A DNA stretch of 63,054 bases, counting the filler, from Octopus bimaculoides (lineage: Eukaryota): NCBI RefSeq assembly GCF_001194135.2. It is 5 parts of 4 records of this genome, joined end to end, with 100 filler letters (N's around TTAATTAATTAA, not from the genome) between each part and the next. Parts side by side here need not be neighbours in the genome. Positions count along the whole stretch, not along the records: positions 24,590 to 48,649 come from NC_068989.1; 4 more parts are not named here. One strand, 5' to 3'. The notes beneath the pieces were generated by a model, which made no database searches, had not been told where the DNA came from, and saw only the letters and a list, made by a program, of their open reading frames with translations. The translations under genes were made by a program, and so were the position numbers. Position 1 is the first letter of the stretch. Every line of letters starts with the position of its first letter. This document shows, one piece after another, positions 29,291 through 41,945 of the stretch.

Positions 29291-30682
29291 AATTATTATT
29301 TCAGCCAGGAAATCCTATGCAGCTGTAATTTCAAGATTTGTGGTTTTTAATTTAAGATTGTCTTTACTTTCTTAGCTGATCAAGTACTTTTTTACTTGCT
29401 GAAGAGAATTACCACATAATTTGTGTGTGTGTGTGTGTGTTGGGGGGGNNNNNNNNNNCCACGGCAGTGGATAAATATTTTCTTACGGTTAACTTTTCTT
29501 TTAGTTTCTCGCGAGCAATTCTTGACTCCATCACTAATTCAGTTCTCAACCAAATTGAATGCGGTTTTTAGTAATGATTATCCAGTCCTAATATACGTTT
29601 TGAGATAAAATAGTTGAAATTTGGTTCATTATACAAAAATATGTGAGGTCAAAAATGGGAGAGTAAGATGAAAATTTACTGAGAATCAAAATTTTCAGTT
29701 AATTTTAAAAGAAAATGGTTGATTAATTGAGTTCAAAAGAATGTGCTCATTGAGAAGAATCTTTTGATGAAAACAAAGTTAAAAAGTATTAACTACGAAG
29801 AAATTGTATGTCTTTAAGCGATGAAACATTTTAAGTAACCTCAGAAATTGACATTTCAGTTATTGTTAAAGAAAACCATACAATAGTTGTGTTCAAATGA
29901 AAGAGCCCTATCAGATGAAACTTAGATGAAAGCTTCGTCGAAAGATATTAGCTACAAAAAAGTGGTATAGCTTTAAGTGACGAAAAGGGTGATCATTTTT
30001 AATAAATTAAAATATGTTTGCCATTTTAAGATGTTTAGCGTTTCAAAAGACGATATTTATTGTCATGGATCACTTAGCCAGTTCTTTCCTTTTTCTAAAA
30101 GTATTTAGCTAATCTTCTAAGCTGTTTTCAGAGCAATTCTGCGTTCAAAATTTACTTCAGATAAAAGAGATCTATGAGAAGAATTCTATGGTGAAAACTT
30201 TGTCAAAAGATATTAGCCACAAAAGTAGTTGTATAGCGTTAAGTGAAGAAAAAGTATTGGTCATTTAAGAGTAAAATATTATTCAAGCTCAATTGAAAGA
30301 ATTCGTCGAGATGAATATTTTAGAGAAAACCCTGTCTAAAAATATTAAGCATAAAAAGTTGTTTTTTTGTGATTTCATATAAATTTTCATTATTTTCTTT
30401 ATGTATAAAAATATGTACATATTAAAAACATACTAAGATAAAAACTTTTACACATTTAAAAAATAATTATTAATCACTTAATTAGAATACAACATCATTT
30501 TATACCAAAAATTGTTTTAAAATATATTTATTTGTAGCAGATGTGTTGCTAATAATCCCTTGTTATTTTTAGTGCAAACAAAATTTCTATATTTGAACAA
30601 AGTCTGTATTTGAAAAGTATTTACAATTGTATTTTTAAATTATAATGATAAATGTAATTAATTATAATAACAGAAGCGTTGT

Positions 30683-31498
30683 CTGGGAAAAAGTGGTCTA
30701 GAATGAAACATGTGGGCGCAGAATTCTTGAATATTCTTAAGTGCTGAACTTCGAAAATTAACTCTTGAAAAGTAGAGGACAAGAAGCAAAAAGAACTTAA
30801 AATATTGCTGCTGAAGTAATAATTCACTAAATGAATTTCTGAAATTGTTCATCAAATAGTGTATGCAGTTTTGTCTTTCATGCGTTTTTGCTTCTTATTG
30901 CAATTGTTTTAAATTTTAAGTTAATATTTTTGATTAAAAAATTTCTTTGTATTAAGCTACATTTCCATCTTATTTTTAGTATTATATTCTTTTTTTAATT
31001 TTATTTTCATAACAAAACTCATTATCCAAAATATTTAAATCAATGATATTGAGTTTATAAAATTAAATTCACAGATAACAAAATATTTTCTATTTGCAAT
31101 ATGAAAAATATTTTTTAAAAATGGAAGCTAATGAACAAACTGAATGCAAAATATAGAAATGTCTCTATGAGACTATTTTTTTTTAACTTAGGGGTTATGG
31201 TTTACAATCATCATTTTTGCTTAAATTGCTATTGTGTAATTTTTATATTAATAATTTATAATATCAAATTTTGAAAGTGTAAACTTGCAGACAGTTAGTC
31301 TTCATTAAAATTAGAAATAAATAGCTTCTTCAGAATTTCATTTTAAACTCTTAAGTATAAATAAAAAATATGAAAGGGCATTTACGAGTATTTTAGTTTT
31401 TAAATTCTAACTTCAGCAGCAATATTTTAAGTTTTTTCTTCTTATCCCTTACTTTTTTGACTTAATTACTGCTCCTTCTGCTTTTCCAGTTCTATATA
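30683..31498. mobile_element. Older related MITE (right end lost in an assembly gap)
   Basis: Perfect 24-bp inverted repeat AACTTAAAATATTGCTGCTGAAGT at 30794-30817 and 31410-31433, with weaker flanking similarity. The left end CTGGGAAAAAG and TATTCTTAAG resemble the 37066 MITE. Confidence 0.6.
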
Positions 31499-32066
31499 NN
31501 NNNNNNNNNNNNNNNNNNNNNNNNNNNNNNNNNNNNNNNNNNNNNNNNNNNNNNNNNNNNNNNNNNNNNNNNNNNNNNNNNNNNNNNNNNNNNNNNNNNN
31601 NNNNNNNNNNNNNNNNNNNNNNNNNNNNNNNNNNNNNNNNNNNNNNNNNNNNNNNNNNNNNNNNNNNNNNNNNNNNNNNNNNNNNNNNNNNNNNNNNNNN
31701 NNNNNNNNNNNNNNNNNNNNNNNNNNNNNNNATATATATATATATATAATTATGTATGTATATTGTTATATCGCTCGCTCTTTTTATGTAGGTGTATGTG
31801 TGTTTTCTTTACGTGTGTGTGTGGATATGGGACATGTTTGTGTCAATCACGTTCTTTTGATATATTCTAATGTTCCTTTCTAACACTAAATTGTCTCTCA
31901 CCAAAAAAGCTATCATCAGAACAGGCTTAGCGTTCAGACATACCAAATGGGCGCCACCCAAACAGAAATATCCCGTTCCTTCGTTGTTTCCCTTTAGCCT
32001 CATTTAGCTGCTATTGTGATCGTTGTTGTCTAGATGAACTCATATATACATTTCCTTTCTTTTCAG

Positions 32067-32438
32067 GTGTTTCCGTAGCTGTCAGCTGTTTTACATTGGT
32101 TGCAATGTCTCTAGAACGATACTTCGGTATTTGTCAACCGCTACACTCTAGACGATGGCAGACTCTATCCAGAGCTTACAAAATCATCACTGGTTGTTGG
32201 TTTTTAGCTGCTATGGTTGTCATTCCGATTGCCATAGTCACGCGAATGAAATCGTTCGACAAAGGCAAGACACATGTCTGCCGGGAGTTTTGGACTTCGA
32301 AGATTGCAGAGAAATGTTACACTATTTTTTTAGACATGGCTTTTCTGCTGATTCCTGTTATAATCATGTCAGGATCATACGGATCCATTATGTGGACGCT
32401 GTGGATGGGAATAAAAATGGATAAAAAGATGCAAGATG
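32067..32438 (+). CDS. CCKAR: Internal coding exon of a cholecystokinin/gastrin/sulfakinin-type neuropeptide GPCR (TM3-ICL2-TM4-ECL2-TM5-start of ICL3)
   Basis: A polypyrimidine tract and acceptor (tttcctttcttttcAG, 32051-32066) precede the exon, and the donor is G|GTTAGT (32439). The exon is 372 bp, phase 1/phase 1. Translation: (G)VSVAVSCFTLVAMSLERYFGICQPLHSRRWQTLSRAYKIITGCWFLAAMVVIPIAIVTRMKSFDKGKTHVCREFWTSKIAEKCYTIFLDMAFLLIPVIIMSGSYGSIMWTLWMGIKMDKKMQD(G). SLERY, ICxPLxSRxWQT and the ECL2 CREFW are hallmarks of CCK/sulfakinin receptors. The symbol is family-level, because an invertebrate receptor is co-orthologous to CCKAR and CCKBR. Confidence 0.92.
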
Positions 32439-32914
32439 GTTAGTATAATAATCATTTATTACACTAATAAACATATTCGATTTTTTTCTTAATGTTTTAT
32501 ATTGTATTTATTTCTAACATTGACACACAGACATACAATCATGGGCTGATAAAATATAGCAAATCAACACATATATATGACTGATGCAGATAAACTGACA
32601 CAGGCATTTTTTGTTCAGCACTTTACAGATTTTACCTTCAATCCATCTTTCGAAAAACAGAAGTTACAGGTTCTTCAGGCCGGTTTATCAAAGTTTCCAA
32701 GGCGTTGAAGAGACCCAGAGAACAAGACTCGCAAACGTCTAGAACGATGTGAAATGAAGTGCTTTATTTAAGGACTCAATGCGGCACTAGAACCGAGAAT
32801 CAAACTCACAGCTTAAATCCGAGAATCAAACTCACAACCTAAGAATTATGAGCCAAGTACTCTAACCGCAAGCCAAAGCACTTTCGTAACTTTCCTAAAA
32901 GTATAATTAATAAT

Positions 32915-33380
32915 GGTTTCTGATTTAAGCACAGGAGCAGCAGTTATGAAGAGAGTGGGTTAATCTATTATATCGATCCCAATACTTTACTGGTACTTTA
33001 GTATATCGATCCCAGAAGGATGAATGGCAACGTTGAGTTCGACGAGATTTGAACTTAGAATTTAAAGAACAGGAATACTCCCAAGGTATTTTCTCTTTCG
33101 AGTCACTGCCTTTTTAAAATAATGACAACAATAATGATAATAATCCTTTCAGCTATAGACACAAGGCCTGGGTTTTCTAGGGAGGGGTACAGTCGTTCAC
33201 ATTGACCCCTGTACTCAACTGGTACTTAATATATTGACCCTGAAAGGATGAAAGGCAAAGTCGACCTCGACGGAATTTAATCTCAGAACCTAGTGGCAGA
33301 CGAAATACCGCTAAGCATTTCGCCCGGCTCACTAACGATTCAGCTAGCTCGCTGCCTTAGTAATGATAATAATAATAATG

Positions 33381-33441
<61 letters not shown>

Positions 33442-33899
33442 TAATAATAACGGTTTCAAATTTTGGTGCAAGGCCAGAAATTTCGAGAGAGGGTGTAAGT
33501 CGATTACATCGACTCCAGTGCTCAACGAGTATTTATTTTATCGACCCCGAAAAGAAGAAAGGCAAAGTCAACCTCGGCGGAATTTGTCTTAGAACTTAAC
33601 GACGGACGAAATGCCGCTAAGCATTTTGCTCGGCATGCTAATGGTTCTGTCAGCTCGCCGCCTTAATAATGAAAATAATGATAATGATAATGATGATCCT
33701 CTTTTACCATAGGCATGATGCCTGAAATTTCGAGAAGAGGTTAGTCGATTACATTAATAACAACAATAAGAACAACAACGATTTCTAATTTGAGAGAAGG
33801 CCAACAATTTTAAGGGGGAAGCAAGTTAGTTACTTCCATCGACTCCAGTGCTTGACTGGTACTTTATTTTACAGTCTCAGAAAGACTGAAAGACAAAAT

Positions 33900-33900
<1 letters not shown>
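32915..33900 (-). mobile_element. Chain of five family C SINE copies or fragments separated by (AAT)n
   Basis: Copies at ~32915-33110, 33143-33358, 33450-33664, 33697-33756 and 33780-33900, all on the same strand. Confidence 0.85.
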
Positions 33901-33991
<91 letters not shown>

Positions 33992-34199
33992 CTCTATCTC
34001 TCTGTCAATTTATCTCTGTCTCTTTCCTTATTTCTTTCTCTCTCTCCCCTCTCTCTCTATCCATCTATCTACCTATCTATCTATCTATCTCTAGTTCTTC
34101 TCAGATTTAATAGTTAAATTGCCTCATTGCTTGTATTTCTACGACCACAACTGTGCACAGCTCCGGGTGTTCGTACTTTCCCTCCTGACGACATAACAT

Positions 34200-35175
34200 T
34201 TTTGTTACGTCTGCAAAGCTCAAGTGAGATTCGCAACCTAGAATGCTTTAAGGGAAAGATTTCTTGACTGATTAACAGAAAGTCACTCACAGACATTCTG
34301 GCCCAGAGGCGTGCTGTTCCTCCTCGCTTCTCATTTTACTGCTGTTACAGTAGCTCCTCAGAGCTGGCTGTTCAATTCAGATATTTCCGACTTATTATCT
34401 CTCCTTCTCTCGTGAATCATACTGTATCCAATCCGCTGAGCCAAAACAGTACGTACTTTGTTTGGTTCTTCCTCACCAGAACGTCGTCTCTTTCGTATCG
34501 TCTCCCAATTCAAGTCTTCTCTGTAACAGTTCAGTTAGAGTACTAATGGCATCAGATTCACCGGTTTCAGAGGACCTGCGAAGATCGTGGGTACTGTATC
34601 TTCTTCCAGATAAAGCATATAAAAAAACTTGCCATCATCTACCTATATTGTACTATAAAAATGACAACGAATCAGAGATCAATTTTACTATGAATACTCT
34701 TTCGTATTATGCTGGCCTAATTATTATGGTATCAGTCTATGACCAAGTTATTTCCGTGCTGTCTCTGTTTGTCTATGTTCGGTATGCCTTGCCCCAGTCG
34801 ATAGAAAATACTGTTCTCCACACATCGGCAAAGGGTTTCTTCATATGCTCTTCGGAGAGTACAATAAACGTCCCTTCCCTTTTTCGTATCAATTTTCTCC
34901 CTGTCCCTTCTTGGACAAATTCCTCAAACAAGGAGACATACGCTTTTATGGCACACTGCTGCTAGACTTCATTCTTCCTCAGTATTTGATCTATGCTTAA
35001 CAATTTCCTTCGACAAACAATGTTGGCAAAAGTGCTTTCAATGTCAATAACATCCTCGCTCGGCAAAATGTGTGCGTGAATGTTGTCATGAAAGGCGTCC
35101 TAAAGCCTGTTCACATTAATATTAAAGTATTCAGAAACTCCCTCACTCCTTCTTTCATACCGTGTGTACTGCAAT
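34200..35175 (-). mobile_element. Highly decayed RTE-clade LINE (RT and downstream region)
   Basis: Minus strand gives EGVSEYFNINV (cf. G.SEWF.VNVGLRQG), ESTFANIVCRRKL (cf. EFGRVCxRRKL) and GTGRK..FADVWRT, with many stops and frameshifts. Confidence 0.45.
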
Positions 35176-35834
35176 GCAAAATATCAAAATTCATTTACCT
35201 AGCTTTTATATTGCTATTTGCTTTTTGTATAGTTTATTCGATTAACTTTTCCTTTGAGGTAGAGGCGTGTTACTTCTAGTTCTAAGTACCATTTTTAATT
35301 GAGTACAAATACTATACAAAAGAGTTTTAAAAAGTGCTTTTGTTTCTTTCTCTTTGGGGTAAAATTAAAAAGAGTCGTTTGATGTGTGTTTCACCGTGGT
35401 GTTCTGTTCTCATGTTCATACATTTCAAGTAAAATCTTCGTAAATATTTCCAAAAATATTATTTAATACCGTGAACTTTGATTCTTGAAAACAACTATAG
35501 TAAACAGTTGAATAACACATGAAAGAACTGATCACATATAGATATCTGTGTCCTACTCAATCGTTAGCTTGATAGCTATCAAACGACTAACCCAATGTAT
35601 ACATATTTCTTTTGACCAGTGGCCAGTACCACCGCGTCAAAATATTTGGGATGAATTTTGCTCCATTCCACATGCTTCTTTGTTCGCTATGGTGTTGAAC
35701 AAATTTAAAAAGTTTAAAAGCAACTTAACCCTATAAATCATGATAACTTGTGTACCCCTTTTTTCAATATTCCCAGACAGACAGACAGGCAGACAGGCAG
35801 ACAGGCAGACAGACATACAGACAGACAGACAGAC

Positions 35835-35888
<54 letters not shown>

Positions 35889-36077
35889 GAGAAAACAGAA
35901 AAAACAATTGAAATGTTTCCACATATTTACTTTGTGTTTAAATGTGTATGTATATATTATGTATGTATGTTTGCGCACACAAACAAACACACACACATAC
36001 ACACACAAATATAGAACTATAAAATGTTCATCGAATACACAGACTTATAAGTCTCAAAAGTACTTTAAATGTAGCTA

Positions 36078-37014
36078 TGACCCGTCCTTTTCTTCCTTCC
36101 CTCTAAGTGCTATTTTTCCTGTCCGCCTTTGTATCATCTATCTGTCCGAAAGCTTTATTGTCTTCTATTACGTTTTTGTTCCATTTTTTCATATTTATAT
36201 ATAAATATAGCGGCGTATGTACACCTGTGCTCACCTTATAGTAAGTACGTATCTAAATTTTGTACGATGTTTTTACTCTGTCTTTTTGTACGATTCTTTT
36301 ATTCTGTCTTTTTATGCGATTCTTTTACTCTGTCTTTTAGTCCCCTTCATACTTTCTTATTTTCTTTTTATCGCTCCCCCTCTCACACGTTTCTTGGCCC
36401 TCTCTTTCTTTAACTCCCACTTTTCCTCCTCGTTTATCTCCCTTGTACCTCTCCCTTTGTCTCTGATTTTTTCTAATCCTTCGATCCCACTGCCCCTACC
36501 CCTCACCCCTTCTTCCATGTGACCGGTGTTCGGCCAGCCATGATCTTTCTTTCTTGGCCTGACTGCCGACTGCCAAAACCTCTTATGTCTATCTCCCATG
36601 TTTCTGCCTTTAGGCTTTCACTTTATATACTCCAGCTCAATTTGATTCGTCCTCATTCGAAAGACACCTGTTGCTGTATACTTGTTGTTTATATTTGTAA
36701 TTGTGTACCATGTTCTCTGTTTTTTGTCTTTGTTATCGCATACATTCGCTAGCTCTTTCTTACAAAAGATCTAATGCTCTTAGCTTAGACTTTTTTTGGT
36801 GGGGAGCAACTAGATCAAACAGTCTCAAGTGTAACTGCCCGAAACTGTAAGGACATATGGTAACTTAACTGATGAAAGAAGGCCACGAATGATCCGTCCT
36901 ATTTTTCCTATCCCTCTAAGTGTTGTTTTTCCTGTTCGTCTTTGTATCGTCTCTCTGTCCGGTTGTTTTATTGTCCTCTATTGTGTTTTTATTCCATTTT
37001 TTGTATTTATATAT
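36078..37014 (+). repeat. ~125-bp direct repeat pair (36078-36203, 36890-37014) with a third, inverted copy at 45006-45098
   Basis: Shared TGA.CCGTCCT..TCCCTCTAAGTG.T.TTTTTCCTGT.CG.CTTTGTATC.TCT.TCTGTCCG..TTTATTGTC.TCTATT..GTTTTT.TTCCATTTTTT. Confidence 0.8.
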
Positions 37015-37065
37015 ACACTGTCTTTATGAGTATATACATATACACATGCACACAGTTATATATTA

Positions 37066-37573
37066 CATGGAAAAATGCGAGCATGAAAAGTAATATTCTT
37101 AAGATTATAAACTTGTAAAAGTACAGGACAAGTTAATACACCTGTAAAAGTATAGGACAAACTATTACTTCAAATAAAGTAAAGAATAAGAAACTTTTTA
37201 GTTAAAATATTGTTGCAAAGAGTGCCACTTCTAATTTATCACTCTTTACAGTTCTCATCTTTTAAAATTATTGTACAAAACTGTTCAGCTAATTTGTAAG
37301 TTTCTCTAATTAGTCACTTTTTCTGTATTTAAGGTAGTAAATTCGGCAAATTCTACTTAAATAAGTATAGTGTTATTTGTAAACTATAATAAAATAAGTT
37401 TTAATATTCAATTTTATTTTTAGCTGCAATATTTTAAGTAAAAAGTTCCTTATTCGTTACTTTACTTGAAGTAATAGTTTGTCCTATACTTTTATAGGTG
37501 TAATAACTTGTCCTGTACTTTTCCAGGTTTATAATCTTAAGAATATTACTTTTCCTGCTCACATTTTTCCCTG
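37066..37573. mobile_element. MITE with ~155-bp terminal inverted repeats and TA target-site duplication
   Basis: 37066-37220 (CATGGAAAAATGCGAGCATGAAAAGTAATATTCTTAAGATTATAAAC...) is the reverse complement of ~37421-37573 with few mismatches. TA lies at 37064-65 and 37574-75. Confidence 0.9.
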
Positions 37574-39934
37574 TAATCCATGATTTTTCCAGGCATTGCT
37601 ATAATAATTTAATGTGTCAATAATTTAAGATTTTACCTTATAAAATACTGGAAGATAATATTTCGATTTTTCCATGTAAGTAATGATAATATTTCAATCT
37701 TTTTCATGCTTAATTTAAATATATGTTGTGATTGAATTATTTGATATTACCAATCCACACTAAATTAATGGCAGAGATTTTTACCATGTTGTTCGTTGCC
37801 CCATGGCTCACTAAAAGTTACAAACTACAAGACCCCAAAACCATCAATTACCAGGCTCACCCTAAGTAACCTAATTTTGCAATATTAGAAGGCCACAGGA
37901 ATTCATTAACGAAGACAAAAATTTCCAATGATTCCGGGATTGGGGGAATTTTTTCCGAACCAAAATAAGGGATTTTCAGCATATTAGGTTAGGGTAATTT
38001 ATTTCACGCAAAAAATCATTTTTTTTTTCTTAATGAAAATCGCGCGTGTGTTAATATAGAAATTGACCATAATGTTATTTAGCCTCAAATCAACTCTGAT
38101 ACTGCAAACGTATCATCAAAGACATTCCAGCCTTCAGCAAACCGTCTTTTTAGGGATAAGCTAGGACATTACATACAATGGGTGTGTGATTTAGGTAGGA
38201 GGATACTTTGGCTGCTAGTTTTAGCGTGTCGAGCGACTAGGTAGAGGCTCTTTCATTGGTTCGATTGCATGATGAGATTTTTTTACACATATATGTAATT
38301 ATGTATATATATCATCGGCAGAAGTTAGAGAATAAGTCAAAAACTGAGAGTTTCGTGTATTGGCACTTATCGAACACGAATTTGTCCATTGTCACTCTGT
38401 AACTTCTGACGAAATAACTTCTAAAATACAAAATTTTGTCCAAAACGTTAAGAATAAACCCTGTTCTATGTGACACATTCTACCAGTATCGGAAGTTTGA
38501 AAGTGTTTAGCGAAAAAAAATAAATGAAATAATCTATACGTCAAAGTCGACCTCGGCGAAATTTGGACTAAAAACGTAAAGACAGACGAAATACAGTTAA
38601 GCATTTCAGCATGCGCGTTAACGTTTCTGCCAGCTCACTGCCTTTTGAAATGATCGTTGATTTTAGAAACATATTCTTTATTCTTATATATGAAGCATTA
38701 TTCCCTTACTCTCTTACTTACTGACAGGAAATTTCGTAACATTTTACCTCATAGCACTTTTTCTACTAAATTTTGTTCAATGCGACTTGTGATTCTAAAT
38801 TCCTTATTCATTTTTCAATCATTTAAGCCTAAGAAATGTATAGTTTTAATTTAAAATTTAAAAGTTTATGTTAATTGAAAGTGAATAGGTGCCTTACTGC
38901 CCCACCCTTTGAGGTCACAGATATTTTGATGTAACTTTTTTTCTACTGAACCAAATCTCAAACTATTTATGCCAAAGTGTAGCTGAGGAGGTGTCCTCTT
39001 TAAAATTGTTAACACTTTACAATTTAGTTGGGAACTGAATTAGTGTTGAAGCTTGGAAGCTGCTGCGATTGGCGAAATGGTGGACTTAAGAATATATTCA
39101 ACCACTACCGTGGTTGAATGATATATATAAATATGCATACACACACACACACACACGTATGTTTGTCATACACACGCATACACATACATACGTCCATACA
39201 TATATATATGTTTGTATGTATGTGTGTGTGTATTTATGTATGTATGTATGTATGTATGTATGTATGTATGTATGCATATAAAACATATGTCTATCAAAAT
39301 ACAGTATTCGTAATACTTTAAAAATTTAAAAGTCTAAAGGAAGTTTCAAAAAACAAAAGAAAGTCACAATATCTAAGATATAGTTTTCATCATGTTTATC
39401 TTAATATGTTTTTGCTTCTTCAAACAAATTTAGATTTACTTTTAAATAAACATATATGTATATGTGTGCCTGTATATGTATATATGCGTGTTTATGTGTT
39501 TATACGCTTGAATGTATGTACATATGCATATGCATATATGTATATGTGTGCGTGTATGTGTGTATATATTTGCATGTATGTATATACATATGTATATATA
39601 TGAGTTGTGTGTGCGTGTGCGGGCGGGTGAGCAAAGAAGAGTAGTTCTCAACACATCTCGTAGGAGTTACATATATATTTAATAATATTTCGACAGTTCG
39701 GAGCAGATGTTTTTATCACCAGATAAGATGGACATGTCGTACGAATCTTTAATTCTCAGAAATCTTTAAGTGATGTGGTGCTGAATCAAATTGTGTGTGT
39801 GTGTGTGTGTGTGTGCGTGTGTGTGTGTGTAAATATGTATAAATATAAAAGATGGATGTGGAAATAGCACAGAAGTACATCTAAGATTTTTCACTTAAGA
39901 AAGAATTTAATAAAATTAGATACAGAAAATATAG

Positions 39935-39977
39935 AATATTACCGGTTTCGATGATGAATCTCATTTTATCAAATATT
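39935..39977 (-). ncRNA. Minimal hammerhead-ribozyme-like motif (U3:A8 variant), stem II first pair broken
   Basis: Minus strand reads AATAT-TTGATAA-AATGA(GATTCA)TCATC-GAAA-CCGG-TA-ATATT. Confidence 0.55.
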
Positions 39978-40201
39978 AGTAAATATTTATATAAGTTTGA
40001 AGTAAAAACAGTTTATCTTCTGTTTGGGGATCAAAAACATCTCTGGAGTTTTTTTCGTTGAATTATTCTTTAAATATAGTTTGGTATAGAGTTGAAGGTG
40101 ATAGATAGACAGGGGATGTAGTTGTCTATTGCCTAAAAAAAATACCTGTGGTTTTATGTCCACCTGTGTATCTGTGTGTCTGTATGTGCGCGTGCGCGCA
40201 T

Positions 40202-40232
<31 letters not shown>

Positions 40233-40255
40233 ATTGTGTTCAATGTCCTTTCAAT

Positions 40256-40771
40256 ATGTGGAGGTGCAATGGCCCAGTGGTTAGGGCAGTGGACTCGCGG
40301 TCATAGGATTGCGGTTTCGATTCCCAGACCGGGCGTTGTGAGTGTTTATTGAGCGAAAACACCTAAAGCTCCCCGAGGCTCCGGCAGGGGATGGTGGCGA
40401 ACCCTGCTGTACTCTTTCACCACAACTTTCTCTCACTCTTACTTCCTGTTTCTGTTGTGCCTGTAATTCAAAGGGTCAGCCTTGTCACACTGTGTCACGC
40501 TGAATATCCCNNNNNNNNNNGGTGGCGAACCCTGCTGTACTCTTTCACCACAACTTTCTCTCACTCTTACTTCCTGTTTCTGTTGTGCCTGTAATTCAAA
40601 GGGTCAGCCTTGTCACACTGTGTCACGCTGAATATCCCCGAGAACTACGTTAAGGGTACACGTGTCTGTGGGGTGCTCAGTCACTTGCACGTTAATTTCA
40701 CGAGCAGGCTGTTCCGTTGATCGGATCAACTGGAACCCTCGACGTCGTAAGCGACGGAGTGCCAACAACAA
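40256..40771 (+). mobile_element. tRNA(Arg-like)-derived SINE, family B (OR-type), with target-site duplication
   Basis: A box TGGCCCAGTGG (40270-40280), B box GGTTTCGATTCC (40313-40324), (CAA)n tail, TSD CCTTTCAATATGT at 40247-40259 and 40772-40784. The ~120-bp duplication around the 10-N gap is likely an assembly artefact. Confidence 0.9.
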
Positions 40772-41902
40772 CCTTTCAATATGTTTGGAATGTGAGCAAC
40801 TGTCAGTTGATGGGTGTGTATATTGTGATGAATGTCTTATTAAAGAAAAAATTAGGGTTTTCCTTCTTCAGGCTTGATGTTTTCTTTTGAGTGTCTCCAC
40901 CCGTGTGTATGTGTGTGTGTGATTTTTTCTTTTGGTTTGCGTACAGCCGTGTGTATGTGTGTATGCTTGTGTGTGTGTTTTTTCGCGATGTTTTCATTTG
41001 TGTGTATGTGTGTGCATGTGTGGGTGTATGTGTGTCTTTGTATGTGTATGTTTTCTTCACACACACATACACACAATAGAAAACATCGCAAAAATCACAC
41101 ACACATACACACAAAAGAAAACATCACAAACACACACGCATACACCTCTGCATACACACATAATCATAGACACTCAAACACGCACATACACACACACGTC
41201 TGCACACATACACAACACACACACACACTCACGCACACCCACGTCTGCACACATACACAACACACACATGCACTCACACACACACAAAATAACACATCAC
41301 AGAAAAACGCACACACTTCTGCACACGCACACACAAACACACCCACACATATAAACATACACATACAAACACATATACACACAAAAGAAAACATCGCATC
41401 ACAAAAGAACACACACACACATACATCTGCACAGACACACACACAGACACACGCACATATACACACATGAACACACAGACACACAAACACAAGCACACAC
41501 ACACATACACACATACATACATACGCACAAAAGAAAACTTCGCAAACACAGTCTGAACACACACACATACACACACACACACACATACACACACACATAC
41601 ACACACACACACATACACACACACAAACACACACTCATACACTCACACACGCACACACACATACACACAAAAGAAAACATCACGAAAAATATACCCACAC
41701 ACATATGCACGCACACACTCATACCCACACACACATACACGCACACACATAAACACAGCTGGAGACACTCAAAAGAAAACATCAAACCCAAAGAAAGAAA
41801 ATTCTAATTTTTTTTTTCTTTAACAAGACATACATTACAGTATACCCACCCATCAACACACAGATGCACAATGAACACGATACACACACACACGCACGCA
41901 AG

Positions 41903-41945
<43 letters not shown>

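Noticed and set aside
34462-34965. 167-aa + strand ORF about 2 kb downstream of the exon, a possible next GPCR exon
   Set aside because: It has no TM6/TM7 or NPxxY motif and is better explained as the antisense shadow of a decayed RTE RT on the minus strand.
36820-36890. Hammerhead from GAAAC (36841) and CTGATGA (36869)
   Set aside because: The order and flanks do not give convincing stems I-III.
40260-40330. tRNA gene (A and B boxes); also 42371-42440
   Set aside because: There is no complete cloverleaf, and each continues into a SINE body and tail.
40391-40637. ~120-bp tandem duplication inside the family B SINE
   Set aside because: The near-identical copies are separated by a 10-N gap, so this is most likely an unmerged contig overlap.
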